Origin: Octopus sinensis
Lineage: Eukaryota
DNA: 64,000 nt
Direction: 5' to 3'
NCBI RefSeq assembly: GCF_006345805.1
Contig: NC_043000.1
Coordinates: 43,586,001 to 43,650,000 of the forward strand
A program made the position numbers and the translations under genes. This document shows, one piece after another, positions 12,756-24,609 of this stretch. The notes under the pieces were generated by a model. It saw only the letters and a list, made by a program, of their open reading frames with translations. It made no database searches and had not been told where the DNA came from. Within the stretch, counting starts at the first letter, position 1. Each line of letters starts with the position of its first letter.

Positions 12756-14547
12756 AGTAAATCATAAAAATGGTTGTCAGGTGATTCCATAATATCACTC
12801 GCCCCTTTTAAACGTCACTACGTTTAAAATTCTAAGCTAAAGCAATTTGCAAGCAATATAGGATATGCGACCTCAGTATTATGACATTTGATTCTCATTT
12901 TGTCATTTAAGCATTTCATATTGTGCTCATTAGAGATAAATCAGTTATTTTCAAAACACTAGTCGCTTACTTACATACATAAGGTGAGATGCAATTTTAA
13001 ATTTTATAGTGGACAATTGAAAAACTATTCATATTTTATACAACGAAGCGGTCTGAACAATATGTTTTTAGACATTTCTCATAGAATAAGTTAGGATCTG
13101 TTATAAATTTAGCATAGTAATCAGAAACACACTGTTCAAAACATGTGTGCTGTTAACCAAAATTAAGTTAAAGAAAATTTGTATGAAGAGTGATGCAGAG
13201 AAATAATATCAAATAATAGTAGTAAAATCTGCAATCAACCATAGTATTGCGTAGCACCCTCATTCATTAAGCGGGAATTTCTGTTTGTAAAACTGCATGT
13301 CAATGTTTATATGATACAGTAATATGTAGATTATGCATGCCAGTATTTTTAGATATTATCAAGCATTTAAAGACTTCGATTTACACAGAGTATTTTCGAA
13401 TGAAAATAATCACAAACGAGAGAGAAATGTTTCTCCATATTATTTTAAAACTTGTCCTCCTAAAGCAGTAATGAATTTATGACGAATAAAATGAATTAAG
13501 AAGATGTAGTGATTAACGCTTAATGGGTTAAAAATCGTCATATAAGTTTTCTATAGTTTTTTTTAGAGATATTCCAAATTATATTTTAGTGGTGGTCGTA
13601 TGGGGCAGGTTGGAAATATCGTGTGCATTTAAGTCTGAAATAAGGTCCACGTGGTTACAACGAAGAGGTTTTTTTGTCTATCTCGTACACTGCAGAATGC
13701 TGTTCACAATGCAACCAATTTCCATAACATTTTGGCATAACATTACAGTTTTAGGAATATTAAAACGTGAATTTCTTGTGGTTTAATTTATTTCATTTCT
13801 CTTATATTTTAAACCCCGATGAATATAATTTAATGAATGAAGTGGATATCAGCTTCTCTTTATTCAATACTCTGAAATCCTACATTAATTTTGAATAGAA
13901 GTCCCCGAAACTTTATCAGCTTTTTAATTCATCGGAGGTTAGTTATACCAAGTTTCCAATTTTCAATAGCATTTTGTTGATGAGATTATAAAAATGGAAA
14001 TAAAGTTATCAGCTATACTGGCATTCTTTATCATTTTAAAGAACTCATTTGTTAAAAGAACGAGTTAAGCGAATAGTTATCCATCTAAAAGTCAATACTG
14101 AATTTTGTCGTGACGATATAGCATTTGGACAGACAAAGAAATCCCAACTTCACACAGAGCTGTATTACTACACTTGCCATTGTTATCTTGCAGAAACAGA
14201 TTCCTTGTCCTGAAAACTTTGGTATTATATGGATGCTACGAATATATTACAAAATGGGAAAAAAGATAAATCAGGCGACGATGTTCTTTTCTTCATTTAT
14301 CATACTTAAACGAAAATATCACTACATAAAGAAAGGAAAGGCAAATTATATAATGTATTTTTAAAAAGTGAAGTTCTGAGAGTTGCTACGTTTTTACTGG
14401 TACATGCATATCATAGCAGTTCATAAGATGTGTTTCTCAGTAACAGATGTAGAATAGACGAGCAAATCAATTTTGATGCATGTATAATAGAAGCTATGTA
14501 TGTAGTTTATAGTTGAACCAATATTGACCAATTCAGCAATGACTTTA

Positions 14548-14701
14548 GAGAAAATGACGTAATCAGATTTCGCTGTTGTAACTGTTAAGAGAAAGAAAAG
14601 GAAGTAGAAGTTGAAAGGAAAATGATATTTCCTTTCAAATTCTAATTGCTTTTCGTTCTCCTGATAGTTACAACAGCGAAATCTGATTACGTCATATTCT
14701 C
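14548..14701. mobile_element. 154-bp fold-back element (MITE-like), flanked by TA
   Basis: 74-nt ungapped inverted arms (outer 36 nt match 35/36), 6-nt loop, TA at 14546-14547 and 14702-14703. Confidence 0.6.
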
Positions 14702-14847
14702 TAAATTAGAATGCATACTGTCCACGTTCATATTTGAAATTTTTGCGTTTCAATAATTTTTCTCTGATTTTACTCATTCTCGAATTTGATGAACATATAG
14801 CGGTACGAAGGCCGACTCAAGAAATCTCTAGTGAGATTTTTTATTGA

Positions 14848-14891
14848 TGTACCTGAAGAGAACCAAAACGGGTCGAAACATGTGTTGTAAC
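14848..14891 (+). ncRNA. Degenerate minimal hammerhead ribozyme (probable PLE pLTR relic)
   Basis: TGTAC-CTGAAGA-GAACC AAAAC GGGTC-GAAA-CATGTG-TT-GTAAC: core intact, stems I and II carry mismatches. Confidence 0.55.
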
Positions 14892-15048
14892 GGATAAAGT
14901 TTGTTACACATTCCATCTCCTATTTTATTAATACTGTTACCCCAACCACCACTACGATCCTCCAATAAGTCTACGGATAACAACAGGTAATCGAAACTGT
15001 GCAGGTGCTTTACTCATCATCTATTTATACAATTTGTTCAATTTCTCC

Positions 15049-15081
<33 letters not shown>

Positions 15082-15281
15082 TATTATCATAAACATAATT
15101 ATAATTAGGGGTCAGCTAATTATAATTATGTTTATAATTATAGAATATTTGTATAATTTTAACTATAAAGGTTATTTTAACGTACCGATCTACTTGGTAA
15201 AATTATAAATTAATTGATTGATTAATTTAATTAATTGAATTAATTAATTTTACCCTTTTATTATTAATATATATATATGTA

Positions 15282-15323
<42 letters not shown>

Positions 15324-16218
15324 ATATGTGCATGTGTGTGTATGTGTGTGTATATAAATGTGTATATATATATATACATATATGTGTAAGTATGTATGTA
15401 TATGCCGGTGACAGTCATGTCAGTAGAAATAACAGCAGGGCTGTAATTAATAATAATGATGAGCATACAAATACCGATAAGCATAATAGCAAAATGTATA
15501 ATGTCTCATGTTTCGGTAATATAACCGTGCCTCATAATTTAAACTTAGGAATTATGCAAGATCAAGCCCTTTAAGCAATCTAATATGGAAGCTTAAAGTT
15601 AACAAAACGTAGTATTTTATTACGGTTCATTATCAAACAGTACATCTACTTACAACTTACGGAAAATTATATATGAACATTGCCTAGAAAAGTCATTATT
15701 CACACTTACATCAGAGTATGATAATACTTTGAATAAGTGACAGACACTAGCGGTGACATGGGAAGATTTTTACAACAAAACCCTTACATTTTTCCATTGA
15801 TGACTAATGATCTGTACAAAAGTGTCACTCAGACACATCTCCAATCTAATAGTTTAGGGATATTGAATATTTAAATTAAATTAGATTGCAATTAGCAATT
15901 TACTGAAGTCCCAGAATATTCCATCTTCCTAATGTTGGTTCTTAGTTAGTCGGGCTTCCCGGCAAAACACAGAGACTGCATTTATATTTCTTCAACATAA
16001 AACCTCAGAGCACATGATTGAACCTATTTGAAAACATGGAAGCTAGCACACGTATACAATAGATCCTTTTATAAACAACTGCAGGTTTGGTAACATTTTT
16101 GGCATAGATACTCATCGAATCTCTTATCTATAATTTCTGTGAATCTGTTCCGCAATATGTAAGGAGAGAAAAATAATTTACAATATTTTTACGACGAATC
16201 TTATATATATATATATGC

Positions 16219-16268
<50 letters not shown>

Positions 16269-16301
16269 TTACATATCCATATCTACATCAATCTCTCTCT
16301 T

Positions 16302-16366
<65 letters not shown>

Positions 16367-16378
16367 ATGTATATATAT

Positions 16379-16767
16379 GGAGGCAATGGCCCAGTGGTTA
16401 GGGCAGCGGACTCGCGGTCATAGGATCGCGGTTTCGATTCCCAGACCGGGCGTTGTGAGTGTTTATTGAGCGAAAACATCTAAAGCTCCAAGAGGCTCCG
16501 ACAGGGGATGGTGTTGATCCCTGCTGTACTCTTTCACCACAACTTTCTCTCACTCTTACTTCCTGTTTCTGTTGTACCTGTATTTCAAAGGGCCGGCCTT
16601 GTCACTCTCTGTGTCACGCTGAATATCCCCGAGAACTACGTTAAGGGTATACGTGTCTGTGGAGTGTTCAGCCACTTACACGTTAATTTCACGAGCAGGC
16701 TGTTCCGTTGATTCGGATCAACCGGAACCCTCATCGTCGTAACCGACGGAGTGCTTCCATCCATTCC

Positions 16768-16768
<1 letters not shown>
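16379..16768 (+). mobile_element. Full-length, young-looking tRNA(Arg-like)-derived SINE (family C)
   Basis: Pol III A box TGGCCCAGTGG (16387-16397), B box GGTTTCGATTCC (16430-16441), a TCG anticodon-like loop and a (TCCA)-type tail. Inserted in (TA)n. Confidence 0.9.
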
Positions 16769-16825
<57 letters not shown>

Positions 16826-17183
16826 AACTTGAATTTCGAATGGCCGTGAAAGAATAGTGTATATATAAAAAAGAAATTTACATATTTCTTTCGTAAATAT
16901 GGAGAAATAGTGGTGAAGAAGGTCAAACTAGACAAGTTTAAATTAAATCAATTTTTTAAAATTAATTCATTTAACTTATAATTTAAACCCGAAAATATTG
17001 TACACTATTAACTCACAGTAAATTGTATTTTTTTCGTCTCGCCCGTTGATAGTTTTCTTCGTATCCAGGTGAATCATAGATGTTTCATTAACCCATCTAT
17101 TTTTCTACAGGCAAAAAATAACCGTTTCTATCTCCTTCTCCCTCACAATACACATACACACACACGCACATATACATAGATAC

Positions 17184-17242
<59 letters not shown>

Positions 17243-19196
17243 TACACATACGCTCATATTGCGATAGAAACAGTTAACCAATGAAGATCTCATGAAAGAT
17301 AACCTGAAAGACCGACACTGACGTAAATATGAACACATGAAACATACACATTGTTTCAGATCTGGGGGATCTGAAACAACATGATGAGTTTATTGAAACA
17401 ATTGTAATGCCGACATAAAATTGTGTGAAATACCCACAGAAGATCAAAGCTAATGCACTTCGTAATGAAAAGCTCTACACCGCCAATTTCACCATGAAAC
17501 TGCTCTCTATAAAATAAAAACAATTTTGTTTAGCTATGACGTATTGTGCATGATCCATTTTACGTTAAAGAAATACAGATAAACTGAAATTGTAAACTGT
17601 TCAGTTACCACCCTTTGTGAAAACAGATTTTGATATTTTAATATTAATTTGATTGCTTCTTCAAAGGATATCAATCAAATAATCCCTTGATATTTAGACA
17701 TTAATTTTGTTAAAATGAGAAAAGAAAAGTGCCCTGTAGGTTAATCTTCTATAGAATAAATTGATGAAATTTACTGAGGATTTGCCTTAATGAATTATGG
17801 AAGATATAAAACATAAACTGTTTTCTAGAATTAATTTACTTCAATCCGAGATCAATGGTCCCTTGTTCCCGAGGCTCGTTTATGAATATATGTTTTGGCA
17901 GTTTTGTTTCCAAATCATTATTGCGAATCTATCCGGTAATTAATAAAACTGCACTAAAGTCACAAGAACAAGCTAAAGGCTGACATTACATACGCACACA
18001 ATGTCAATAAAAATCTTAATGATTGATTCCATGGAGATACGATGGTAAGGAGAAAGCTTTTATTACGAACAATTGCAAGAAAAATTTGGAGGAAATATGA
18101 TGATAAAGGAGAAATGAAAATAGAAATATAATTAATTTCAATTTATAAAACGTAGATAAGGGTAAAATTTATTCATATATTCAAATAATATATTAATAAA
18201 ACTCATATAAAACAAATTATGCGGAATACATTGAAAGACCTTTCATTATATTTTTCAGAAGTCATAGACTTAACCAACTAGACGTATTATTTTATAGAAA
18301 GTAAATTAATTTTCATAATTACAGAAGTAGAGAAGTTTAGAAGAAAGAGCAACTTTTATGCGTTTGAAGTAAATTTCGTAATGGTTTGAATACAGCTTGT
18401 TGATAATTCTTCTGAGTGGTGAATACATTAACGAAGACTGGCAGAATTAACAAGAATAGAAATATAAATAGTTAATACCCCAAGAAATATCAGATAAATG
18501 GAAACTACTCAGTGATGTATCCATACATACTAATGTGATCAGAGGACCTATCAAATTTCACTAGATCTGGATCTACTAACAGTTCTATTAATATGTGCAT
18601 TTAAAGTAGTCTATAAACCATAAAAGCCTCGTCGATTGAAATCAATGTCAGTAATCCACAGCTGGTTTAGTTTCATGAACCCGAAAGTATCTAATGTCCC
18701 CATTCATACCAAAGAAATTCAAAATTATGAATAAAACGTTCGTAGCTGAACATAACAATGTACATTGACGAAAGAAAAAAAATTCCCACGAACGTTTTTG
18801 TAATTAGCCAAACGGTTAAATAATTAGTGTTCAAGGTCAATCTATTATTATAGATTTAGTAATGTCTTTTCTCTATTAAGTCTGACTTTTCTGTTAAAGA
18901 GTTAAAAGAAATTTGATTATATGAAGTTGTCATAAAAATATCCAACTCAATATCACCCGTACATATTTTAGACATTGTGTTCTCCATCATTCTTTGAGAA
19001 GATTAAGTATATAATAAATATCTTCATCCAAGTAACGCAAATCTAGTTTATTTGGTGCAAATAACAATACAAACAAATGAAATATTGCTTTACGATTTAT
19101 ATTTTGTTTGCTATACACATGCTTCTTTCGAAATCATAAGGTTTTAGGTGTTAAATTAGTGGGGGCAAGGTAATAGGGTTTCAGTAGGTAATGTAA

Positions 19197-20203
19197 TCTT
19201 TATATATATAAAACTGAGAATGTGTGTCTGTCTTTCCGTCTGTCTGTGTGTTTCCCTAAAACTTGAGAACTACACAACCAATTTCATTCAAATTTTACAC
19301 ATGCCTTACATGTAGTTTCATGGGACAAAAAAATAATGTTCAACTTCTTACCTAGAGCGAGCCCATAGCAGTATCATATCTTCTCCACTATTTCAGTATT
19401 ACGTGTTAAAAGTGAAACAAAAATATTTCTCTATTTTATATCAGATGCTTTCACTTTAACAATAAAAATAATAATAACAATTGAATTATATGTAGTAAGT
19501 AATAATTAAAATCAAACTAAAGTATAATATTATTGTAACATAAAAAAAAGTAAAAATAGCAATTGGTATAAAATTGCATCAATGATTTGAACTTGAATAA
19601 GTGGTTTCACATGAATGGGAATAAATTAAAAGAAAAATTAGCGTGCAGAAATGGAATAGTTCAGATAGATAATAAAAAATTAAATTAAAGAAAAGAATAT
19701 TGTCTATAAAGTATACAATGTAGAGAAAAAAGAAGATTTGAACACATGGAGGAGAGCACCTTGGAAAAGTGTCTTGGTGCGACTTCTCCACAATAGAAGC
19801 AAGGTTCGAGTCAACGGAGCGTGCAAGGGAGTACTCGACTCGAACTTGCAAAGTGGAAATATTTTATTTTTACCTTTATATCTGGGACGTAGGACGTCAC
19901 GGAAAAAAAATTTAAATGCCCCCCCCCACCAGAAGTACAGGTAGGCTGGATTGTAGCCATACTTCTATACAAAAGGGAGGACAAGATACAATTGATCGAA
20001 ATTACAAGAGACGGGCTAACAATTCCAGTCTGTTATATATTTTGAGTATTCTTATCACTAGCGATATCAAGATATAACTTTGTATTGTTTATTTTATGTG
20101 TAGATGTATATATATAGATGTACATGTAATGTGTACCTATATATATACACATATATACATGCACTAGCACTATGATCCGGCAACGACGGGTCTTTAATGC
20201 TAG
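19197..20203 (+). mobile_element. Non-autonomous Helitron-like element
   Basis: 5' A|TCTTTATATATATAAAACTGAGAATGTGTGTCTGTC... and a 3' hairpin GATCCG-GCAACGA-CGGGTC followed by CTAG|T at 20200-20204. An alternative degenerate 3' end near 20010-20030 means the two termini may belong to different copies. Confidence 0.55.
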
Positions 20204-21239
20204 TCGATTATAATCAAGTAACTCAAGTATTATGTATGAAAATTTCACAAAGAAATACTCTTTTCAGCACACGCATAATAACATAAACCCAGGCGCATAC
20301 GCATGCACCTAAGCAGCCAGCTACACATACGCACATGCCTATAGAAGGCTATGTACATATACACAAATAATCTACATATGGAAACAAACATGTATAGAAG
20401 ATATGTTTATAGAGATATATGTGTTTATAGAGATACACATTTTTAGAGACATGCACAGATCCCTCCCCCGTGCTCAGCACAGCTTTTGCATTGAGACATT
20501 GAGACATTAGAACAGAATGTGGGAAATTTATGACCACCCTGTTTTTTTCTAAAATATTAACAAAATGCATTAAAGGAATAGGTAGAAAGCAACAATATGA
20601 ACCTTGGTTTGACACGTAGTTGGAAAATATAAACAAAAGGTTAGAGTTTGAAATTGCTTATTCTTATACCAGCACATGTAGACAGATGTTTGTCAAGTTT
20701 TTGTAGTTTCGTTTAATGAGGTTGTAATCAACTTTTACAATTGTTTAGAGCAATCACAAGGCATGATGTCAACAAGGTTTGATCTAAAAAATAAATTTGT
20801 ATGCGTGCTTGTGTACGCACGCGCCGTTCAGTGTGACTTAGTGTTTGTGCGTTTGCGTGTTAGTGTTATTATACGCAGATATACAAATGCATCTATATGT
20901 ATATATGCACGTAGGTATATTTATGGATAATTACATTGATAATGATGCATACGTTTCTATATATATGGAAATGCATATATATGCGAGTGTGTTTGTGCAT
21001 GGCATATGCATGATTTCGACATTTGCTTTCTTTTTAGATTCCTTCTATTACAAAACTTCTGGAACATATAACGAAACAGAAATGTATACAACTAAAATAT
21101 AATTACATTTAATGTTCGGTTTATAGGTGCTTGTGGCTGTGTAGACTATAGTATCACTTTAGACACAGAAGATCGAGATCTCAAGGAACTTAAATATATA
21201 CTCTCAGACACATACGTGTAATATATATGAATACCATAT

Positions 21240-21410
21240 TCAATGCTCGAAATGAGGAGTAGATAGACAGCAGACAGCTCATGACGTGTTGTTCTTTATG
21301 TTATTTGCCCGGTTTTCAATTTGCCTCTCTCATTCTTTGAGTATTGAACTCATTTGCTTTCTTATTTCATGTTGTTTTCTGTTGACAACGTCCTGTACCC
21401 ATATATCATA
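21240..21410 (+). repeat. Dispersed repeat, second copy at 43660-43790 (possibly PLE-derived)
   Basis: Both loci share GCTCGAAATGAGGAGTAGATAGACAG followed by similar T-rich sequence. Confidence 0.55.
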
Positions 21411-21416
21411 TATGCA

Positions 21417-21487
<71 letters not shown>

Positions 21488-21491
<4 letters not shown>

Positions 21492-22260
21492 TGACGTATT
21501 TTGCCATTTCAATATGGCTAACCCCTAAGGGTGGATGCTACTGTAGTTTTTAGCCCCAGGAGGACACACTCCTCCAGCTGGCCATAGCACACTATATGTG
21601 TCCTGTCAGTATTTACAAAGGGAAGTCATCATTCCCGTCTTCAACTTATGCATACACCGGACTGCGAGTTTCGAGCTGTATTGACCTCTAGTCCAGCGGG
21701 TGACTCATAGTTGTCGCCGAGAATTAGAATTGTCCTTCACAAATACTTATACTTTTTCCAGCGTCCAACTGGCGCTGCATATTGAACAAGTTAAATCAAC
21801 CTTATAAATACAAAGTGAGTAATATACAGTAGCGGTAACACATCGTGACGTATTTTGCCATTTCAATATGGCTAACCCCTAAGGGTGGATTCTACTGTAG
21901 TTTGTAGCCCCAGGAGGACACACTCCTCCACTGGCATAGACACACTATCTGTGTCCTGTCAGTATGCAAAGGAAGTCATCTTCCGTTTCAACTTATGATA
22001 CACACGGACTCCGAGGTATTGAACCTCTCTCAGCGTGGACAATCATAGTTGTCGACAGAATAGTTTCTTTCACAAATACTTTATTTTTCCAGCGTCCACT
22101 GTCGCTGATATTGAAAAAGTGAAATCAAACAATGATAAATATCAAAGTGAGTTATATACAGTAGCGGTAAAACATCGTGACGTATTTTTGCCATTTCAAT
22201 ATGGCTAACCCCTAAGGGTGGATGCTACTGTAGTTTGTAGCCCCAGGAGGACACACTCCT
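21488..22260 (-). mobile_element. Retrozyme-like tandem array, left arm (units 21488-21841, 21842-22173, partial 22174-22260)
   Basis: Direct repeats starting ATCGTGACGTATTTT at 21488, 21842 and 22174 (periods 354 and 332). They are the reverse complement of 22262-22642. The hammerhead copies (~21652-21704, ~22000-22040) are disrupted by indels. Confidence 0.85.
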
Positions 22261-22261
22261 C

Positions 22262-22640
22262 CGTGTGTATCATAAGTTGAAGACGGGAAGGATGACTTCC
22301 CTTTGCAAATACTGACAGGACACACATAGTGTGTCTATGGCCAGCTGGGGCTAAATCTAATTCTCGGCGACAACTATGATTGTCACACGCTGACGAGAGG
22401 TCAATACCTCGAAACTCGAGTCCGTGTGTATCATAAGTTGAAGACGGGAAGGATGACTTCCCTTGGCAAATACTGACAGGACACAGATAGTGTGTCTATG
22501 GCCAGCTGGAGGAGTGTGTCCTCCAGGGGCTAAAAACTACAGTAGCATCCACCCTTAGGGGTTAGCCATATCGAAATGGCAAAAATACGTCACGATGTGT
22601 TACCGCTACTGTATATAACTCACTTTGATATTTATCATTG

Positions 22641-22642
<2 letters not shown>
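22262..22642 (+). mobile_element. Retrozyme-like array, right arm (161-nt deleted monomer plus 220-nt partial monomer)
   Basis: CGTGTGTATCATAAGTTGAAGACGGG occurs at 22262 and 22423. No ORF. Ends in (TA)n at 22642-22711. Confidence 0.85.
22384..22428 (+). ncRNA. Intact minimal type I hammerhead ribozyme
   Basis: Stem I CACACG (22384-89)/CGTGTG (22423-28); core CTGACGA (22390-96); stem II GAGG-TCAATA-CCTC; GAAA (22411-14); 2-bp stem III AC/GT with palindromic loop TCGA; GUC cleavage after C22422. All conserved core nucleotides are present. Confidence 0.92.
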
Positions 22643-22713
<71 letters not shown>

Positions 22714-23163
22714 AACACTAGCACACACCACAACATATGACAGAAGAGGATCCCCATAAACAAAACTGAAAACATAATAAATTAAAATACACAGATAAAT
22801 AAACAATGGAAGTAAATAACTATATGTATACTTTTTAATTTAATTTTGTTAATTATTATTACTAGTATTGTTGTTATACATACATACAAACATATGTAAT
22901 AATAATAATAATGATAATGATAATAATAATGATAATAATAATAATAATAAGTGGGTGTAACAAAATAAGAATAAACAAAAACAAAAACAAATTACACGAA
23001 CGTATATAAACAGAAGATACAAATATTACAGGCTTTACCCCCCACACACTAACTAAACATAGAGATATACGCATGCGCAAATGAAGACACATACAATGGA
23101 AATACAAAATGGCTGACGGTTAGTAAGGAGAGACGCACAAATAAGAATGAAGAAAGCAAAAGA

Positions 23164-23205
23164 GCCACTAATGAGGTCACAGGAGTGTGACGAAAGAATT
23201 CTGTC
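23164..23205 (+). ncRNA. Degenerate hammerhead-like motif (probable PLE pLTR relic, ~22990-23260)
   Basis: GCCA-CTAATGA(G)-GTCAC AGGAGT GTGAC-GAAA-GAAT-TC-TGTC: G5A core change, imperfect stem I. Confidence 0.5.
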
Positions 23206-23395
23206 CGAAATAAGATTAAGATAAATGTAAAAAATAAATAAAACTGAAGCAAAGACACACCAAATATATAGTGCGTGTGTCTTTATTGGCTAAGCTGCCA
23301 AAATGACCATTCCAAAATACAACAATATCTGTTTCAACAAACGATTTCACATAAACAATTTTGCACAACAAATATATATATATATTATATATATA

Positions 23396-23458
<63 letters not shown>

Positions 23459-23563
23459 GATATTTCATAGCATTTTTTCCGATGGCCGGCTAACTGAAGA
23501 GATGGCGGCTTGAATTTCCACCTCGGCTACCGAATAATTATCACATATAACATTTACAGATAT

Positions 23564-23635
<72 letters not shown>

Positions 23636-23751
23636 TAAATAAGAGATAAATCCACTATTAGGCAAATCATACAATGAAAAACTTAAGCCAATACATAAGA
23701 TTAATTAATTTATATTATTTAAATATATATCAAAATTATTAAAAAAGGTAA

Positions 23752-23802
<51 letters not shown>

Positions 23803-24384
23803 TGGGTAACTTAATTACGCCATGATATATTAATTAACAATATCCAATATCCTTGCATCATTTTGTAAGTCATAATGCAGTTATCACTGCAATCCAGAGT
23901 AAGCCAGAATAAATTTTCAAGATCTGATAACGTTTCGGATTTTGTGAATAATTGATTTTAAAATAATTTATATTCTTACAGGCAATAAATAATCGGAGAA
24001 TATCAATATCTTAGATTTGCTCATTTTTCTCAAATGAAAGGATGAAATATCTGTCATGGACCTTCGTCTCAAAGCTATGTGCAACATTGTAGGTGTTTAT
24101 TTGAACAGCACACTTTTTTTATTGAACGAAAGGCGACGAAAAGGAAATTAAATAATCTTCCATTTTGGGGACATAGCCTCCTTGGAGAACACGATAGAGT
24201 TAATGTAAACGGAAGTGAGAGCTCACGTAAATGTCTTCTATATACTACAAATAGATATTTGTTTAAACACTTCCATTTGCGATAGCATTTTTAGAAATCA
24301 GACACTGTACAATCTGAGAAACAAATGTATAAGTAACATATCATTAATAATAACAAAAACGCAGCTGGTAATTTCTTTTATATA

Positions 24385-24560
24385 AAAATAATAATAATAA
24401 TAATAATGATAATAATAATAATAATAATAACAACAACAACAACAACAATAATAATAATAATAATAATAATATAATAACAGCAACAACAACAATAATAATA
24501 ATAAGAAGAATAATAATAATAAGAATAATAATAAGAATAAGAATAATAATAATAATGATG
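24385..24560. repeat. Compound (AAT)/(AAC)/(AAG)n microsatellite
   Basis: Direct observation; explains the poly-I/L/Y ORFs. Confidence 0.9.
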
Positions 24561-24609
24561 ATGATGATCAATAATATATATATATGTGCTTATATGGATA
24601 CAGGTCATC

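Noticed and set aside
16379-16450. Functional tRNA-Arg gene
   Set aside because: The acceptor stem does not close and the sequence continues into a 390-bp SINE body.
17351-17379. 12-bp perfect hairpin TTGTTTCAGATC-TGGGG-GATCTGAAACAA
   Set aside because: Isolated short inverted repeat with no further structure or context.
21488-22260. CRISPR-like or classical satellite interpretation of the tandem units
   Set aside because: No repeat-spacer alternation and the context is eukaryotic; few copies plus a ribozyme fit a retrozyme or PLE origin better.
23485-23535. CTGAAGA followed by a GAG..TGG/CCA.CTC stem (hammerhead 5' half)
   Set aside because: GAAA and the cleavage site are missing; at best a truncated relic.
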